DNA of 64,000 bases, taken from an uncultured Bacilli bacterium (GTDB lineage: Bacteria; Bacillota_I; Bacilli_A; RF39; UBA660). This document shows positions 19,338 through 29,193 of this stretch, piece by piece. Each line of letters begins with the position of its first letter. The first letter of the stretch is position 1. The translations under genes and the position numbers were made by a program. The notes below the pieces were generated by a model, which saw only the letters and a list, made by a program, of their open reading frames with translations, was not told the DNA's origin and did no database searches. Location: NCBI GenBank assembly GCA_944358825.1, contig CALVSA010000001.1, forward strand, positions 13,354-77,353, read 5' to 3'.

Positions 19338-20414
19338 TCAATTAATTAATCTTATTAAAATCTCATTTAGTAAATAGATGTATTTTTTGTCTACTTTTAT
19401 ATGATCGTTTTCTTTTATTAATATTTTATCTTTTAATAAGTCATCTATTTTAAATACATCTTCTAATTTTTTATTATATTTTAAATAAAATGTATTTAAA
19501 TTTATCCCCTTTAACATTCTAAGTCCTAACATTATTTCGTTTTCCATCTGCATTTTTTTATTTTCTTTTATTCGGCTAGTTTCATAGTCGTTATTTATAT
19601 ATTTATTAATATTTCTAGTATTAGTTATTCTAATATTATTAAGATAAGATACTGCTCCTAATCCAAAAGCGTAGTAGCTGTTGTTTAGCCAATAGTTTTT
19701 ATTATGTATTGATTCAAAACCAGCTTTAGAATAATTACTTATTTCATAATGAATAAAATTATTCTTCTCTAGCATATTTTCTATATATTTATACATTTCA
19801 TATTCAATATCTTCATCTATATTTTGATAGTTGTTTATTTTTAACATGGTATTGTTTTCAATAATTAAACTATAACAAGATATATGATTAACATTTAGAT
19901 TAAGAGCTTTTTTAATATCTTCTTTTACTATATTTATATCATTAGTAACTGCATATATTAAATCTATATTAATATTATTAAAATCATTTTCTTTTAATAA
20001 ATTTATACATTTAATTATGTCATTTTCATTATGAGTACGATTTAATATTTTCAATATTTTATTATTAAAACTTTGAACTCCTAAACTAATTCGATTAACA
20101 TTATATTTTTTTAATAATTTTATTTTATCTAGACTTAGTTCAACATTTGATTCAATAGTAAATTCTATTTTTTTATCTTTATTAAAAACTTCAGTTATTT
20201 TTAATAATTTTTCTAAATCATCTATATTTAGACTTGTTGGTGTGCCACCACCAATATAAATTGTCTTTACTATTTCATTTTTATATTTTAGTTGTATTTC
20301 TTTTTTTAGGGCATCTAAATATTTATTAATATATTTTTCATTATAATATATTTTTGCAAAATCACAGTAACTACATATGTTATGGCAAAAAGGTATATGA
20401 ATATATATATACAT
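19338..20414 (-). CDS. hemW: Radical-SAM HemN-like protein (HemW-type heme chaperone / coproporphyrinogen-oxidase-like).
   Basis: CxxxCxxC motif HIPFCHNICSYCDF at the N-terminus and a HemN-like layout. Size is 358 aa. Confidence 0.75.
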   Translation of the reverse strand: MYIYIHIPFCHNICSYCDFAKIYYNEKYINKYLDALKKEIQLKYKNEIVKTIYIGGGTPTSLNIDDLEKLLKITEVFNKDKKIEFTIESNVELSLDKIKLLKKYNVNRISLGVQSFNNKILKILNRTHNENDIIKCINLLKENDFNNINIDLIYAVTNDINIVKEDIKKALNLNVNHISCYSLIIENNTMLKINNYQNIDEDIEYEMYKYIENMLEKNNFIHYEISNYSKAGFESIHNKNYWLNNSYYAFGLGAVSYLNNIRITNTRNINKYINNDYETSRIKENKKMQMENEIMLGLRMLKGINLNTFYLKYNKKLEDVFKIDDLLKDKILIKENDHIKVDKKYIYLLNEILIRLIN

Positions 20415-20415
20415 A

Positions 20416-20931
20416 TTAATTAGTAATTAAATCGTCTAAAATAAAGTCATAATCTTCTAAATTATAAATAGCGCCACAGTAGCTACATTTACCTGATGTA
20501 TTAACGCTTATACTAGCTCCACATCCAGGACATTTTCTAACTATATTTGCATTTTTGGTGTTTTTATTTTTGATAAATATTAATTTATTATTTTTTTCAA
20601 TACGAGAAGTATTATTTCCTCTTAATAAGTTAGCACTATCCTCATCAATTACATAATCCATATAACGAGATACTAATAAAACTTCGATGATGTATTTATC
20701 TTCTTGTTCATATTTATTAATTATTTGGGTGCTTTTAACATTCAACTCATCATACATTTGTATTTCTTTATTTTTTATTAAACTATCAACATAAGCTTGA
20801 TATTTATTATATAATTTATCACTTATAAAGTGTTTAACTGTGCTTAAATCTCTTAAGATAATAGCAGTATATAATTTTACAAAGACATTATCTACTTTAG
20901 TCTTAAACATTGCTTCATTAAAATTATTCAT
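20416..20931 (-). CDS. Tim44-like/NTF2-like domain protein with a C-terminal C4 zinc ribbon; cytosolic paralogue (P1).
   Basis: Tim44-like C-terminal core (...YIIEVLLVSRYMDYVIDEDSANLLRGNNTSRIEKNNKLIFIK) followed by CPGCGA...CSYCG. It is paralogous to the two upstream genes. Confidence 0.5.
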   Translation of the reverse strand: MNNFNEAMFKTKVDNVFVKLYTAIILRDLSTVKHFISDKLYNKYQAYVDSLIKNKEIQMYDELNVKSTQIINKYEQEDKYIIEVLLVSRYMDYVIDEDSANLLRGNNTSRIEKNNKLIFIKNKNTKNANIVRKCPGCGASISVNTSGKCSYCGAIYNLEDYDFILDDLITN

Positions 20932-20938
20932 ACATCAC

Positions 20939-21841
20939 CTACTCCATTTTTTGTCCAATACATTCTTTTTTGCTTAAAACATAGTCTGATGATACTTTCA
21001 CTAGTGTAGAGTTACAATAAGGGCATGTAGCACTAGCATTAATATCTACAGGCGCTCCACAGTTTGGACAATTTTCTACTTTTTTATCATCACTGCTTGA
21101 TTTTACAAATGTTAATAAATATTCTATATTTAGTCGATGATCATCTTTACCACGAAGTGTTTTTTTAGTTTTAGAATCTATTACATAATCAAGGCATTTG
21201 ACATTTAGATAAACTTTTATAGTATATACATCATTTTCATTAGTAACATCTACTATTTTAGCATCTATATATTCAATATTTTTCATTATATTTTGTTGTT
21301 TTTTAACTTTTAGAGTTGTTAGTTGTGCACTATACATATTGTATAATTCATCAGTTGTTAGATTTCTAATTGTATTAGTATCAAAATTCATCCAAGCAGT
21401 TTGTATATCTTTATAAATATTAAATGCTTGTTTTTTAAATTCTTCTTTGTTGAAATCACTAATTACAGCAGTTATTTTTTCATCATCTAAATCTTCATAT
21501 TTTATATTATTAATAATTGTTTTTGGTCCTCTTGCTTTTTTGTTTACTTTATAAGAGAAATATGAAACACCAATCATTAAGGCAATGAATCCTAAGGCAA
21601 CTACTATTGTTAGAATAGGATTATTAACTGTTGATGAAGAGGTGTAATATCCACCACTCCATGATGAGCCACTATCCCATGAAGAAGAACTATCCCACGA
21701 TGAGCCATAGTCCCATGATGATCCTCCGATATCATAACTACTATCCCATCCTGAATCAGCTTTAGCTATTATTATGGAATTGATACTAATTAGTAAGAAT
21801 AATGCGATTAAAATTATTATATTTTTATTTCTTTTTACCAT
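20939..21841 (-). CDS. Tim44-like domain membrane protein with signal peptide, Ser/Trp/Asp repeat, TM, and C-terminal zinc ribbon (P2).
   Basis: Signal peptide MVKRNKNIIILIALFLLISINSIIIAKA, SSWDS repeats, and a TM (ILTIVVALGFIALMIGV). The Tim44-like core reads ...YTIKVYLNVKCLDYVIDSKTKKTLRGKDDHRLNIEYLLTFVK, followed by CPNCGA...CPYCN. Confidence 0.5.
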   Translation of the reverse strand: MVKRNKNIIILIALFLLISINSIIIAKADSGWDSSYDIGGSSWDYGSSWDSSSSWDSGSSWSGGYYTSSSTVNNPILTIVVALGFIALMIGVSYFSYKVNKKARGPKTIINNIKYEDLDDEKITAVISDFNKEEFKKQAFNIYKDIQTAWMNFDTNTIRNLTTDELYNMYSAQLTTLKVKKQQNIMKNIEYIDAKIVDVTNENDVYTIKVYLNVKCLDYVIDSKTKKTLRGKDDHRLNIEYLLTFVKSSSDDKKVENCPNCGAPVDINASATCPYCNSTLVKVSSDYVLSKKECIGQKME

Positions 21842-22466
21842 TTTTCTTCTCTCTTTCTAGAGTTTTTTGTCCGACTTTGACTATTTTATTAATTACGCAT
21901 TCGTCTTCTTTTTTTACTAAAAATATTAATAATTCCTGATTAATTTTACGATCATCAAATCCACGCATTGTAGTTTTTGTTTTGCGATCTATTTTATAAT
22001 TATAGCAATTAATATTTAAGTAAAACTTAATAGTGCAAGTTGTCTTTGTTTTCTTTATACTTAGTATTCTAATATCATTGGTAGTAATATTTTTTATTAC
22101 TTCCGCCTCGTCGTTTTTATCTAATACATCTATTAATTCTAAATAATTATTATATAGTGTTTTACTAGTTAGTTTTTCTAACGTTTTTTTATCAAATGTT
22201 GTGTAAGCTTTTATTACTTCTTTATACATGGCAAATAATGTCTTTTTAATATTATCAGCATCTTTTATTTTACTTAAATCCATCTCTTTATATATAATAC
22301 TTGTATCTATATTTGGAATACTTTCTTCTATTTTTTTTACTTTTATATTTTCTTCTTTAATATTACTTTGTGCTCTTTTTAAAATTGCATATATTAATAT
22401 CACTATTAATAATACAAATGAAACGGCTGGAACAATTACTTGAACTATTATATCTTTTATACTCAT
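21825..22466 (-). CDS. Tim44-like domain membrane protein without a zinc ribbon (P3).
   Basis: N-terminal TM (IIVQVIVPAVSFVLLIVILIYAIL). Core ...CTIKFYLNINCYNYKIDRKTKTTMRGFDDRKINQELLIFLVK is paralogous to P1 and P2. It overlaps P2 by 17 nt. Confidence 0.45.
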   Translation of the reverse strand: MSIKDIIVQVIVPAVSFVLLIVILIYAILKRAQSNIKEENIKVKKIEESIPNIDTSIIYKEMDLSKIKDADNIKKTLFAMYKEVIKAYTTFDKKTLEKLTSKTLYNNYLELIDVLDKNDEAEVIKNITTNDIRILSIKKTKTTCTIKFYLNINCYNYKIDRKTKTTMRGFDDRKINQELLIFLVKKEDECVINKIVKVGQKTLEREKKNGKKK

Positions 22467-22474
22467 ATGACCTC

Positions 22475-25429
22475 CTATTTTTTTATTTCTTCTAATTTAA
22501 CACTTACAAGTTTACTAACTCCAGATTCTTGCATTGTTATTCCATATAACAAATCAATATATTCCATTGTTTTTTTCTTGTGTGTTATTAGAATAAATTG
22601 TGTTTGATTGCGGTATTTATCTAAATATTTACAAAATGCTTCAACATTAGCATCATCTAATGCTGCTTCTACTTCATCTAGTAAGCAAAATGGAACAGGT
22701 CTTACATTTAAAATAGCAAATAGTAATGATATTGCGGTAAATGTTTTTTCTCCTCCTGATAAAAGTGATATATTTTGTAGTTTTTTTCCTGGTGGTTCTG
22801 CTTTTATATCGATACCTGTTTCTAATAAATTATCTGGTTCAGTTAAGATTAGTTCTGCTTTTCCTCCTTTAAATAGTTCTCTAAAGACGTTTTTAAATTC
22901 TTCTTTTACTGTTTCAAAGGTTTCTTTGAATTTATTTATCATAACTTCATCCATTTCTTTTATAATTTCTAGTAATGTTTTTTCAGCATTTTCTAAATCT
23001 TGTTTTTGTTTATTTAAAAATTCATATCTTGTATTTACTCTTTCGTATTCATCTATTGCTCCTAAATTTACATTGCCTATATTTCTAATTTTATCTTTTA
23101 GTTTTTTTACTTCTTCTCTAGCGATATCTTCTTCTATTTCTAATATATAATTTTCTTTAGCATACTCATATGTCATATTATAATCTTCACTTAAATTAAG
23201 TAATAAATGATCTAATCTTACTTCAATACGATTAATATTAATTTCAAGAGAATTTAATTCTTTTTCTTTTTTTGATATATATTGCATGCTATGTCTATTT
23301 GTCTGTTCTAGTTCTTGTATGTTTTCTTCTATTCTATTTTTATTTGCTTTTAGTTTTTCTAACTTACTTTCTATATCATTAACTTCATTTTTTATTTGAT
23401 AATACTCATCCATTAGTAATTTTTCTTGATAGTTAGTATTAGAAGTTGTAATTGCTTCTAAATCTTGTAATTCTCTATAACTATTTTGGTAATTACTATT
23501 TAGATTATTTATATTTTCTAATCTTATTTTTTTGTTATTATCGAGACTAGCAAGATTATTTCTTTGGTTATATATTTTTTCTTCTAAAGTGGCTAAATTA
23601 TCATCTGTTAGTCTTAAATTATAAGTAAATTCTTCTATTTTATTATTATTTATTTCTTGTTCATGTTTTAGCTTTGCTAATTCATGCTTTTCTTTTATTA
23701 CGTTACTTGTTTTAATACTACTACCACCAGTTAGTGATCCTCCAACATTAATTAATTGAGAATCTAGGGTTACTATTTTATATGCATTGTTTAAGTATTT
23801 AGCGATATTAGTTGCATTTTCTATATTGTCTACTACTATAACATTACCAAGTAAGTTTTTTATTATATTATCATAAATATTATTATATTCCACTAATGAT
23901 GAGGCTACATTTATAAAGCCTGGTTGTTGTTCTAGAGCACTTACTATATTATTAGGAATATATCTTGGTTTAATTACTTCTAATGGATAGAATGTTGTTC
24001 TACCTAAATTATTTTCTTTTAAATATTTTATTAAATACTTAGCTATATTAGTGTTATCTACCACTAGATAATTTATGCTTGCTAGAAGGGCTGTATTTAT
24101 TGCTAAAGAGTATTCATCTTTTACTTTTATTAAATTACCAATAGTATTATGAACACCTTCTATTTTTTTATTATTTAATATTGTTTTAATACTAGGTGGT
24201 AATGTATTATTGTTATTTATAGATTCTTCTAAATAATTTATCTTGTAATTAATATTTATTTGTTCTTTTTCTAAATTAGCTAGAATATTTTTTATATTTT
24301 CGTGTTTTTCTTTTGTTTGGTGATATTCAGTTATTTGTTTTTGCAGATTTGTATTTATAGTATTTATTTCATCTTCTAATATTTTTAAATTATTTTCTTC
24401 TTCATTTAATTTAGTCTTTGTTATTAAGTTATTTTCTTTTAATTTAAGTATTTTATCATATATTTTATCTTCATCAGTAGCATATTTTCTTCTTTCTAAT
24501 AACAAGCGATAATCAGCATCTTTTTGTTCTAGGCTTCTAGTTAAATCAACATATTTACTTTGTTTTTGATTAATCTCATTTTCTATTTCTTTAAGGTTAT
24601 CTTTTTGTTTTAAGATATCTATATCATAAGTTATATTATTATTAGAAGTCTCGGTAATCTCATCTGTTAATGAGGCAATTTTTTCTTTAGTAGTTTGATA
24701 TTCGTAGTTTAGATTTTCTATATCTTTAGTAATCAAAGCAACTTCTACATTTTTTAACTTTTCTTTTACTTCTAAATATATTTTAGCGTCCTTAGCTTGT
24801 TCTTTTAAAGGATTTAAATTAGTTTCTAATTCTGATATTATGTCATTTACACGATTAATATTGTTATTAGTTCTATCTAATTTACGAAGTGCTTCTTCTT
24901 TTCTTTTTTTATATTTTAAAACTCCCGCGGCTTCTTCGATTATGATTCTTCTTTCATTTGGTTTGGCTAACACTATTTCATCTATTTTCCCTTGCGATAT
25001 AATATTGAAACTTTCTTTTGAACCTCCACTGTCAATTAAAAGATCAGTTATATCTTTTAGACGTACTCTTTCGTTATTTATATAGTATTCATTTTCTCCA
25101 GTTCGATATAAGGTTCTTTTTATTGATACTTCGTTAAAATCTATTGGTAGGCTTCTAGTAGTATTATCAAAAACTAGACAAACAGTTGCGCTGTTTAATG
25201 GTGTTCTACTTTTACTACCTGAAAATATTATATCGGTTGAGTTATCGCCACGCAGTGATTTTATTGATTGTTCTCCTAATACCCATCTAACAGCATCAAC
25301 AATATTGCTTTTTCCTGAACCGTTAGGTCCTACTATCCCATTTAAATTTGGACAGAGTTCTATGTTAATTTTATCTGCAAAGGATTTAAAGCCATATGCT
25401 TTTATTTCTTTTAAATACATTTTATACAC
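22475..25429 (-). CDS. smc: Chromosome partition protein Smc (short form, about 980 aa).
   Basis: N-terminal Walker A GPNGSGKSNIVDA, a hinge region (GVHNTIGNLIKV...), and a C-terminal signature LSGGEKTFTAISLLFAI followed by Walker B LLDEVEAALD. Confidence 0.9.
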   Translation of the reverse strand: MYKMYLKEIKAYGFKSFADKINIELCPNLNGIVGPNGSGKSNIVDAVRWVLGEQSIKSLRGDNSTDIIFSGSKSRTPLNSATVCLVFDNTTRSLPIDFNEVSIKRTLYRTGENEYYINNERVRLKDITDLLIDSGGSKESFNIISQGKIDEIVLAKPNERRIIIEEAAGVLKYKKRKEEALRKLDRTNNNINRVNDIISELETNLNPLKEQAKDAKIYLEVKEKLKNVEVALITKDIENLNYEYQTTKEKIASLTDEITETSNNNITYDIDILKQKDNLKEIENEINQKQSKYVDLTRSLEQKDADYRLLLERRKYATDEDKIYDKILKLKENNLITKTKLNEEENNLKILEDEINTINTNLQKQITEYHQTKEKHENIKNILANLEKEQININYKINYLEESINNNNTLPPSIKTILNNKKIEGVHNTIGNLIKVKDEYSLAINTALLASINYLVVDNTNIAKYLIKYLKENNLGRTTFYPLEVIKPRYIPNNIVSALEQQPGFINVASSLVEYNNIYDNIIKNLLGNVIVVDNIENATNIAKYLNNAYKIVTLDSQLINVGGSLTGGSSIKTSNVIKEKHELAKLKHEQEINNNKIEEFTYNLRLTDDNLATLEEKIYNQRNNLASLDNNKKIRLENINNLNSNYQNSYRELQDLEAITTSNTNYQEKLLMDEYYQIKNEVNDIESKLEKLKANKNRIEENIQELEQTNRHSMQYISKKEKELNSLEININRIEVRLDHLLLNLSEDYNMTYEYAKENYILEIEEDIAREEVKKLKDKIRNIGNVNLGAIDEYERVNTRYEFLNKQKQDLENAEKTLLEIIKEMDEVMINKFKETFETVKEEFKNVFRELFKGGKAELILTEPDNLLETGIDIKAEPPGKKLQNISLLSGGEKTFTAISLLFAILNVRPVPFCLLDEVEAALDDANVEAFCKYLDKYRNQTQFILITHKKKTMEYIDLLYGITMQESGVSKLVSVKLEEIKK

Positions 25430-25578
25430 CTGCTTCTATGTTATCATTATACAGTAAATATTTAATTTTGGCAATGTTTTAAAGATATTTAAGAAAAATA
25501 ATTATTTATATTTTGCATAATTAAAACACTAGAATTTTATCATAATCTAGTGTTTTTATACTTTATATTATATATTTT

Positions 25579-26262
25579 CTACTCTTCTTGTAGTTTTACT
25601 TCTTTTTCAAATTTCGTTCCATTTTTAAGTATTACAACCCAGCTATCGATTACATCATCTTTATATTCTTCTATATCATCTATTTCATATCCATCTGGAA
25701 AAATTGCGGTTGGTTCTACTGTAACACGTTTATCTTTATAACTTAATATGTTAACATCACCATTTTCTAAAATCAAAAACATACGATATGAGGAATTGCT
25801 AGCTAAAAATGATTTTATTCTTTTGACATTTGATACAGAATATAATCTTTGTATGTCTGATGAATTATCAAAACTAAGCATTGTTTGACTATAATCTCCA
25901 TCATCCGCTAAAGAGGCTGTATAATAAATATTTCCGCCATCTAATAAATATAATTGTCTACCTGTATTAGAGCTGAAGCTAAAGGCAATTTTATCTTCGA
26001 CAGGAACACTATCATCATAATAATTATCGGCAGTAAATGTATATGTAATTGTATAAGTTTTTCCATTTACCATTTGTTCTTCCATGTAGTCTTCCATTTT
26101 AACATTTGTGTTTTCTTCTTCATTTTCAACGACACGATTCTTATTACTATCTGATATTCTTTCATAAATAGTATATACTAAAATAGTTACTCCGATGATT
26201 GCTAGTAGGACAATTATTATGATTAATCCAATATTTTTGTGGCCATTTCTTTCATCTTCCAT
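25579..26262 (-). CDS. Hypothetical membrane-anchored protein with an extracytoplasmic beta-rich domain.
   Basis: N-terminal TM (IGLIIIIVLLAIIGVTILVYTIY). The remainder shows no recognisable motifs. Confidence 0.4.
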   Translation of the reverse strand: MEDERNGHKNIGLIIIIVLLAIIGVTILVYTIYERISDSNKNRVVENEEENTNVKMEDYMEEQMVNGKTYTITYTFTADNYYDDSVPVEDKIAFSFSSNTGRQLYLLDGGNIYYTASLADDGDYSQTMLSFDNSSDIQRLYSVSNVKRIKSFLASNSSYRMFLILENGDVNILSYKDKRVTVEPTAIFPDGYEIDDIEEYKDDVIDSWVVILKNGTKFEKEVKLQEE

Positions 26263-26330
26263 ATTTACTCCTCCTTTATTTTATTATATCATATTTTTTG
26301 AATAACTTTTTTTATTTTTTTCTACTTTAT

Positions 26331-27599
26331 TTATTTTGTATATTCAAACTCATAGTCCATAATTCTAATAATGTCGCCTTCTTTGATTCCCATTTTTTCT
26401 AGTTCATCATCAATTCCCATATTTCTTAATTTTTTGGCAAAACGATTTATTGCTTCTTCTGTATTAAAGTTTGTCATTTTAAATATTTTCTCTACTTTTT
26501 CGCCACTTATTATATAAGCGTTATTTTCTTTTTTAATTGTATATGGTTTTTCTACTTTAAATTTGTATAAAACATGCTTTTCTTGTATATCTTTATCAAA
26601 TAATTCTTCATCTGGAGTTTGATCTACTAATAATTGTAATTTATTAATTACTGTATCTAATCCTTTATTGTTAATTGCTTCTATTTCAAATATATCTAAA
26701 TTTGGTAATTTATTTTTAAAGTTTATTAAATTTTCTTTAGCATTTTCTAGATCCATTTTATTAGCAATTATTATTTCTTTTTTTTTCGTTAATTTATCAC
26801 TAAAATCTTTTAACTCATTTCTAATTGTTAAATAATCTTTGTAAGGATCTCTACCTTCACTACCACTCATATCGATAATGTGCGCAATTATTTTTGTTCT
26901 TTCTATATGTTTTAGGAATTTATGTCCAAGACCAAGACCACTACTTGCTCCTTCAATTAATCCAGGAAGATCTGCGACAACAAAACTACCTGTTTTGGTT
27001 TTTACTACTCCAAGATTAGGCGCTAAAGTGGTAAAATGATATGAGGCAATTTTGGGATTTGCGTTTGATATCATTGATAAAATGGTGCTTTTTCCTACAC
27101 TAGGTAGACCAACTAGTCCAACGTCTGCGAGCATTCTAAGTTCAGCTTTGATATTTCTAGTCTCTCCTGGTTCTCCTCTTTCGGCATACGAAGGACAAGG
27201 ATTTGTTTTAGTAGCAAGAGTTACATTGCCTCGTCCTCCTCGTCCTCCATAGGCTACAACTACTTCTTCTTTATCAGTTAGAAGATCTGCGATGATATTT
27301 CCGTTAGTGTCTTTTATGGTAGTTCCCATTGGAACTTTTATGATTGTATCTTCAGCATTTTTACCATGTTTATTTTTACCTTCACCATTAATTCCATTTT
27401 TACCTTTTATTTTCTTTTGATATCTTAAATCTACTAAAGTTTTTAAGCCACTGTCTGCTTGAAAGATAACGTTACCTCCTCGTCCTCCATTGCCACCATA
27501 TGGTCCACCCATAGCAATGTATTTTTCACGACGAAAGGCCATACAGCCATCTCCACCATTACCAGCGCTAACTTCTAATGTTACCTCATCTACAAACAT
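26331..27599 (-). CDS. obg: GTPase Obg/CgtA.
   Basis: Obg fold N-terminus MFVDEVTLEVSAGNGGDGCMAFRREKY with a glycine-rich region, G-domain motifs GLPSVGKST and DLPGLIEGA, and a C-terminal TGS-like extension. Confidence 0.9.
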   Translation of the reverse strand: MFVDEVTLEVSAGNGGDGCMAFRREKYIAMGGPYGGNGGRGGNVIFQADSGLKTLVDLRYQKKIKGKNGINGEGKNKHGKNAEDTIIKVPMGTTIKDTNGNIIADLLTDKEEVVVAYGGRGGRGNVTLATKTNPCPSYAERGEPGETRNIKAELRMLADVGLVGLPSVGKSTILSMISNANPKIASYHFTTLAPNLGVVKTKTGSFVVADLPGLIEGASSGLGLGHKFLKHIERTKIIAHIIDMSGSEGRDPYKDYLTIRNELKDFSDKLTKKKEIIIANKMDLENAKENLINFKNKLPNLDIFEIEAINNKGLDTVINKLQLLVDQTPDEELFDKDIQEKHVLYKFKVEKPYTIKKENNAYIISGEKVEKIFKMTNFNTEEAINRFAKKLRNMGIDDELEKMGIKEGDIIRIMDYEFEYTK

Positions 27600-27642
27600 A
27601 TAATTACCTCCTTTGATATTTATTATTATAACAAATCTGCTT

Positions 27643-29193
27643 TTATTTTGTAAATAATTTAAAATATTCTCTCGATTTTATAGAATATGGTTGTAAATCT
27701 ATATCATCACTTATGCCAATATATCTTTTATAAATATTTTCAAACCAGTCCCCTGGAATATTATTGTTGTGAACAAAGCGAACAGGATTATTTAAAAACT
27801 CAACTTCCTTTTTTCCACTCTCAACTTGCATATAAATATCTTCAAGTCTTTTTTGATTAACTACATGAATAAGACTAAAAAATATTAAATAATATATTAT
27901 TAAACAGCTTCCAATTGCAATAAAGATTTTTTGATCTTTTTCCGCTGAAATCTCATTCACCGCTACTAAAGATACAATTGTAAAACTTATAACAGTCAAA
28001 TATACAATTCTTCCTCCCCAAGCTATAACTATTAGCATCGCTAAAGATGATACCATAGACATAATAATCAAAAAATATAGAAAATAAAGTAGCTCTTTTT
28101 TATCTTTAAATATAACATATAACGAATATAAAAAAGCCAAAACAAACAAAATCCACCACCAAATATAAAATAATCTTGAAAAGTCAATAACACTTGGAAT
28201 ATTAAAATCTAAAAATCTTAAAAAATAAAAACTCATAGGCTTATAATATCTTAAACTCTCAATTATAGTTATAATAGGAATTATATTAAACAATAAAATT
28301 AACAAAACATTTATGTTTTTCTTTTTAAATACATAATTTATAACTATTAACATTAATGCTATCAATACTATATTTCTTGTAAAAACATATTTAATAAAAT
28401 TGCCTAAATTTTGATACACTTTTTCATATACATGTAACTCATTAAATTCAGTATAACCTGCACTTCTAATAGCAGAACCAGGACTAAGTAACATCACACT
28501 TAAAGAAACTGAAGATAAAATGAAACAACTCAAGAACATAAAAAACTTTTTCTTATCTTTTTTTAAATAATAATATATAGTAATTAATAAGTTACCTATT
28601 ACTAAAGAGCATCCTACATTTTCAACAAACATAGTTCCTATTATACTAACTATAAAAAATATAACATAATGATGCTTTTTATAGTCATTATTTCTAGTTA
28701 AATAAATATATATAAAATATACTATACAAATTACACTTGGATATAAATATGTAACACTTCCCGCTACCCAAGTATATACTTGTGAAAACATTTCTGTATT
28801 TAACAATAATAATCCTATTATTATTAAAAAATATATACCTTTATTTTTAACTTTTCCCATTAATAATACAGTCGATATAAACAAAAGGCAAATTAATAAT
28901 GGGGTTAAAATATTAAAAATAGATTTATAATATACCAAAATTAGAATTAGAATTCGTCCTATAAATCTTCCTTCCCAAGTAAAATACATATCTTTAGCAG
29001 TATTTATTGCAGATAAGATATTTCCATAAGAACTTATATAACAACTATAATCATCTCCACTAATCGGTGTTAAAAAATATAGAAGTATTAAAAAAGAAAA
29101 AAGAAAAATTACAATTTTTAAAAAAGTTTTATTTTTAAAAATAGATTGAAATATATTAGCATTATTTAAACTTTTTCTAATGTTATTTTTCAT
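27643..29193 (-). CDS. Polytopic membrane protein, possibly a GT-C-fold glycosyltransferase or polymerase.
   Basis: At least 10 predicted TM helices. There is an acidic motif in the first loop (PISGDDYSCY). It lies at the end of the glycopolymer locus. Confidence 0.4.
   Translation of the reverse strand: MKNNIRKSLNNANIFQSIFKNKTFLKIVIFLFSFLILLYFLTPISGDDYSCYISSYGNILSAINTAKDMYFTWEGRFIGRILILILVYYKSIFNILTPLLICLLFISTVLLMGKVKNKGIYFLIIIGLLLLNTEMFSQVYTWVAGSVTYLYPSVICIVYFIYIYLTRNNDYKKHHYVIFFIVSIIGTMFVENVGCSLVIGNLLITIYYYLKKDKKKFFMFLSCFILSSVSLSVMLLSPGSAIRSAGYTEFNELHVYEKVYQNLGNFIKYVFTRNIVLIALMLIVINYVFKKKNINVLLILLFNIIPIITIIESLRYYKPMSFYFLRFLDFNIPSVIDFSRLFYIWWWILFVLAFLYSLYVIFKDKKELLYFLYFLIIMSMVSSLAMLIVIAWGGRIVYLTVISFTIVSLVAVNEISAEKDQKIFIAIGSCLIIYYLIFFSLIHVVNQKRLEDIYMQVESGKKEVEFLNNPVRFVHNNNIPGDWFENIYKRYIGISDDIDLQPYSIKSREYFKLFTK

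Noticed and set aside
20416-22466. Considered whether the three genes after smc are scpA/scpB-like condensin partners.
   Set aside because: Sizes, TM segments and zinc ribbons do not fit kleisin ScpA or winged-helix ScpB. The shared core looks like a Tim44/NTF2 fold instead.
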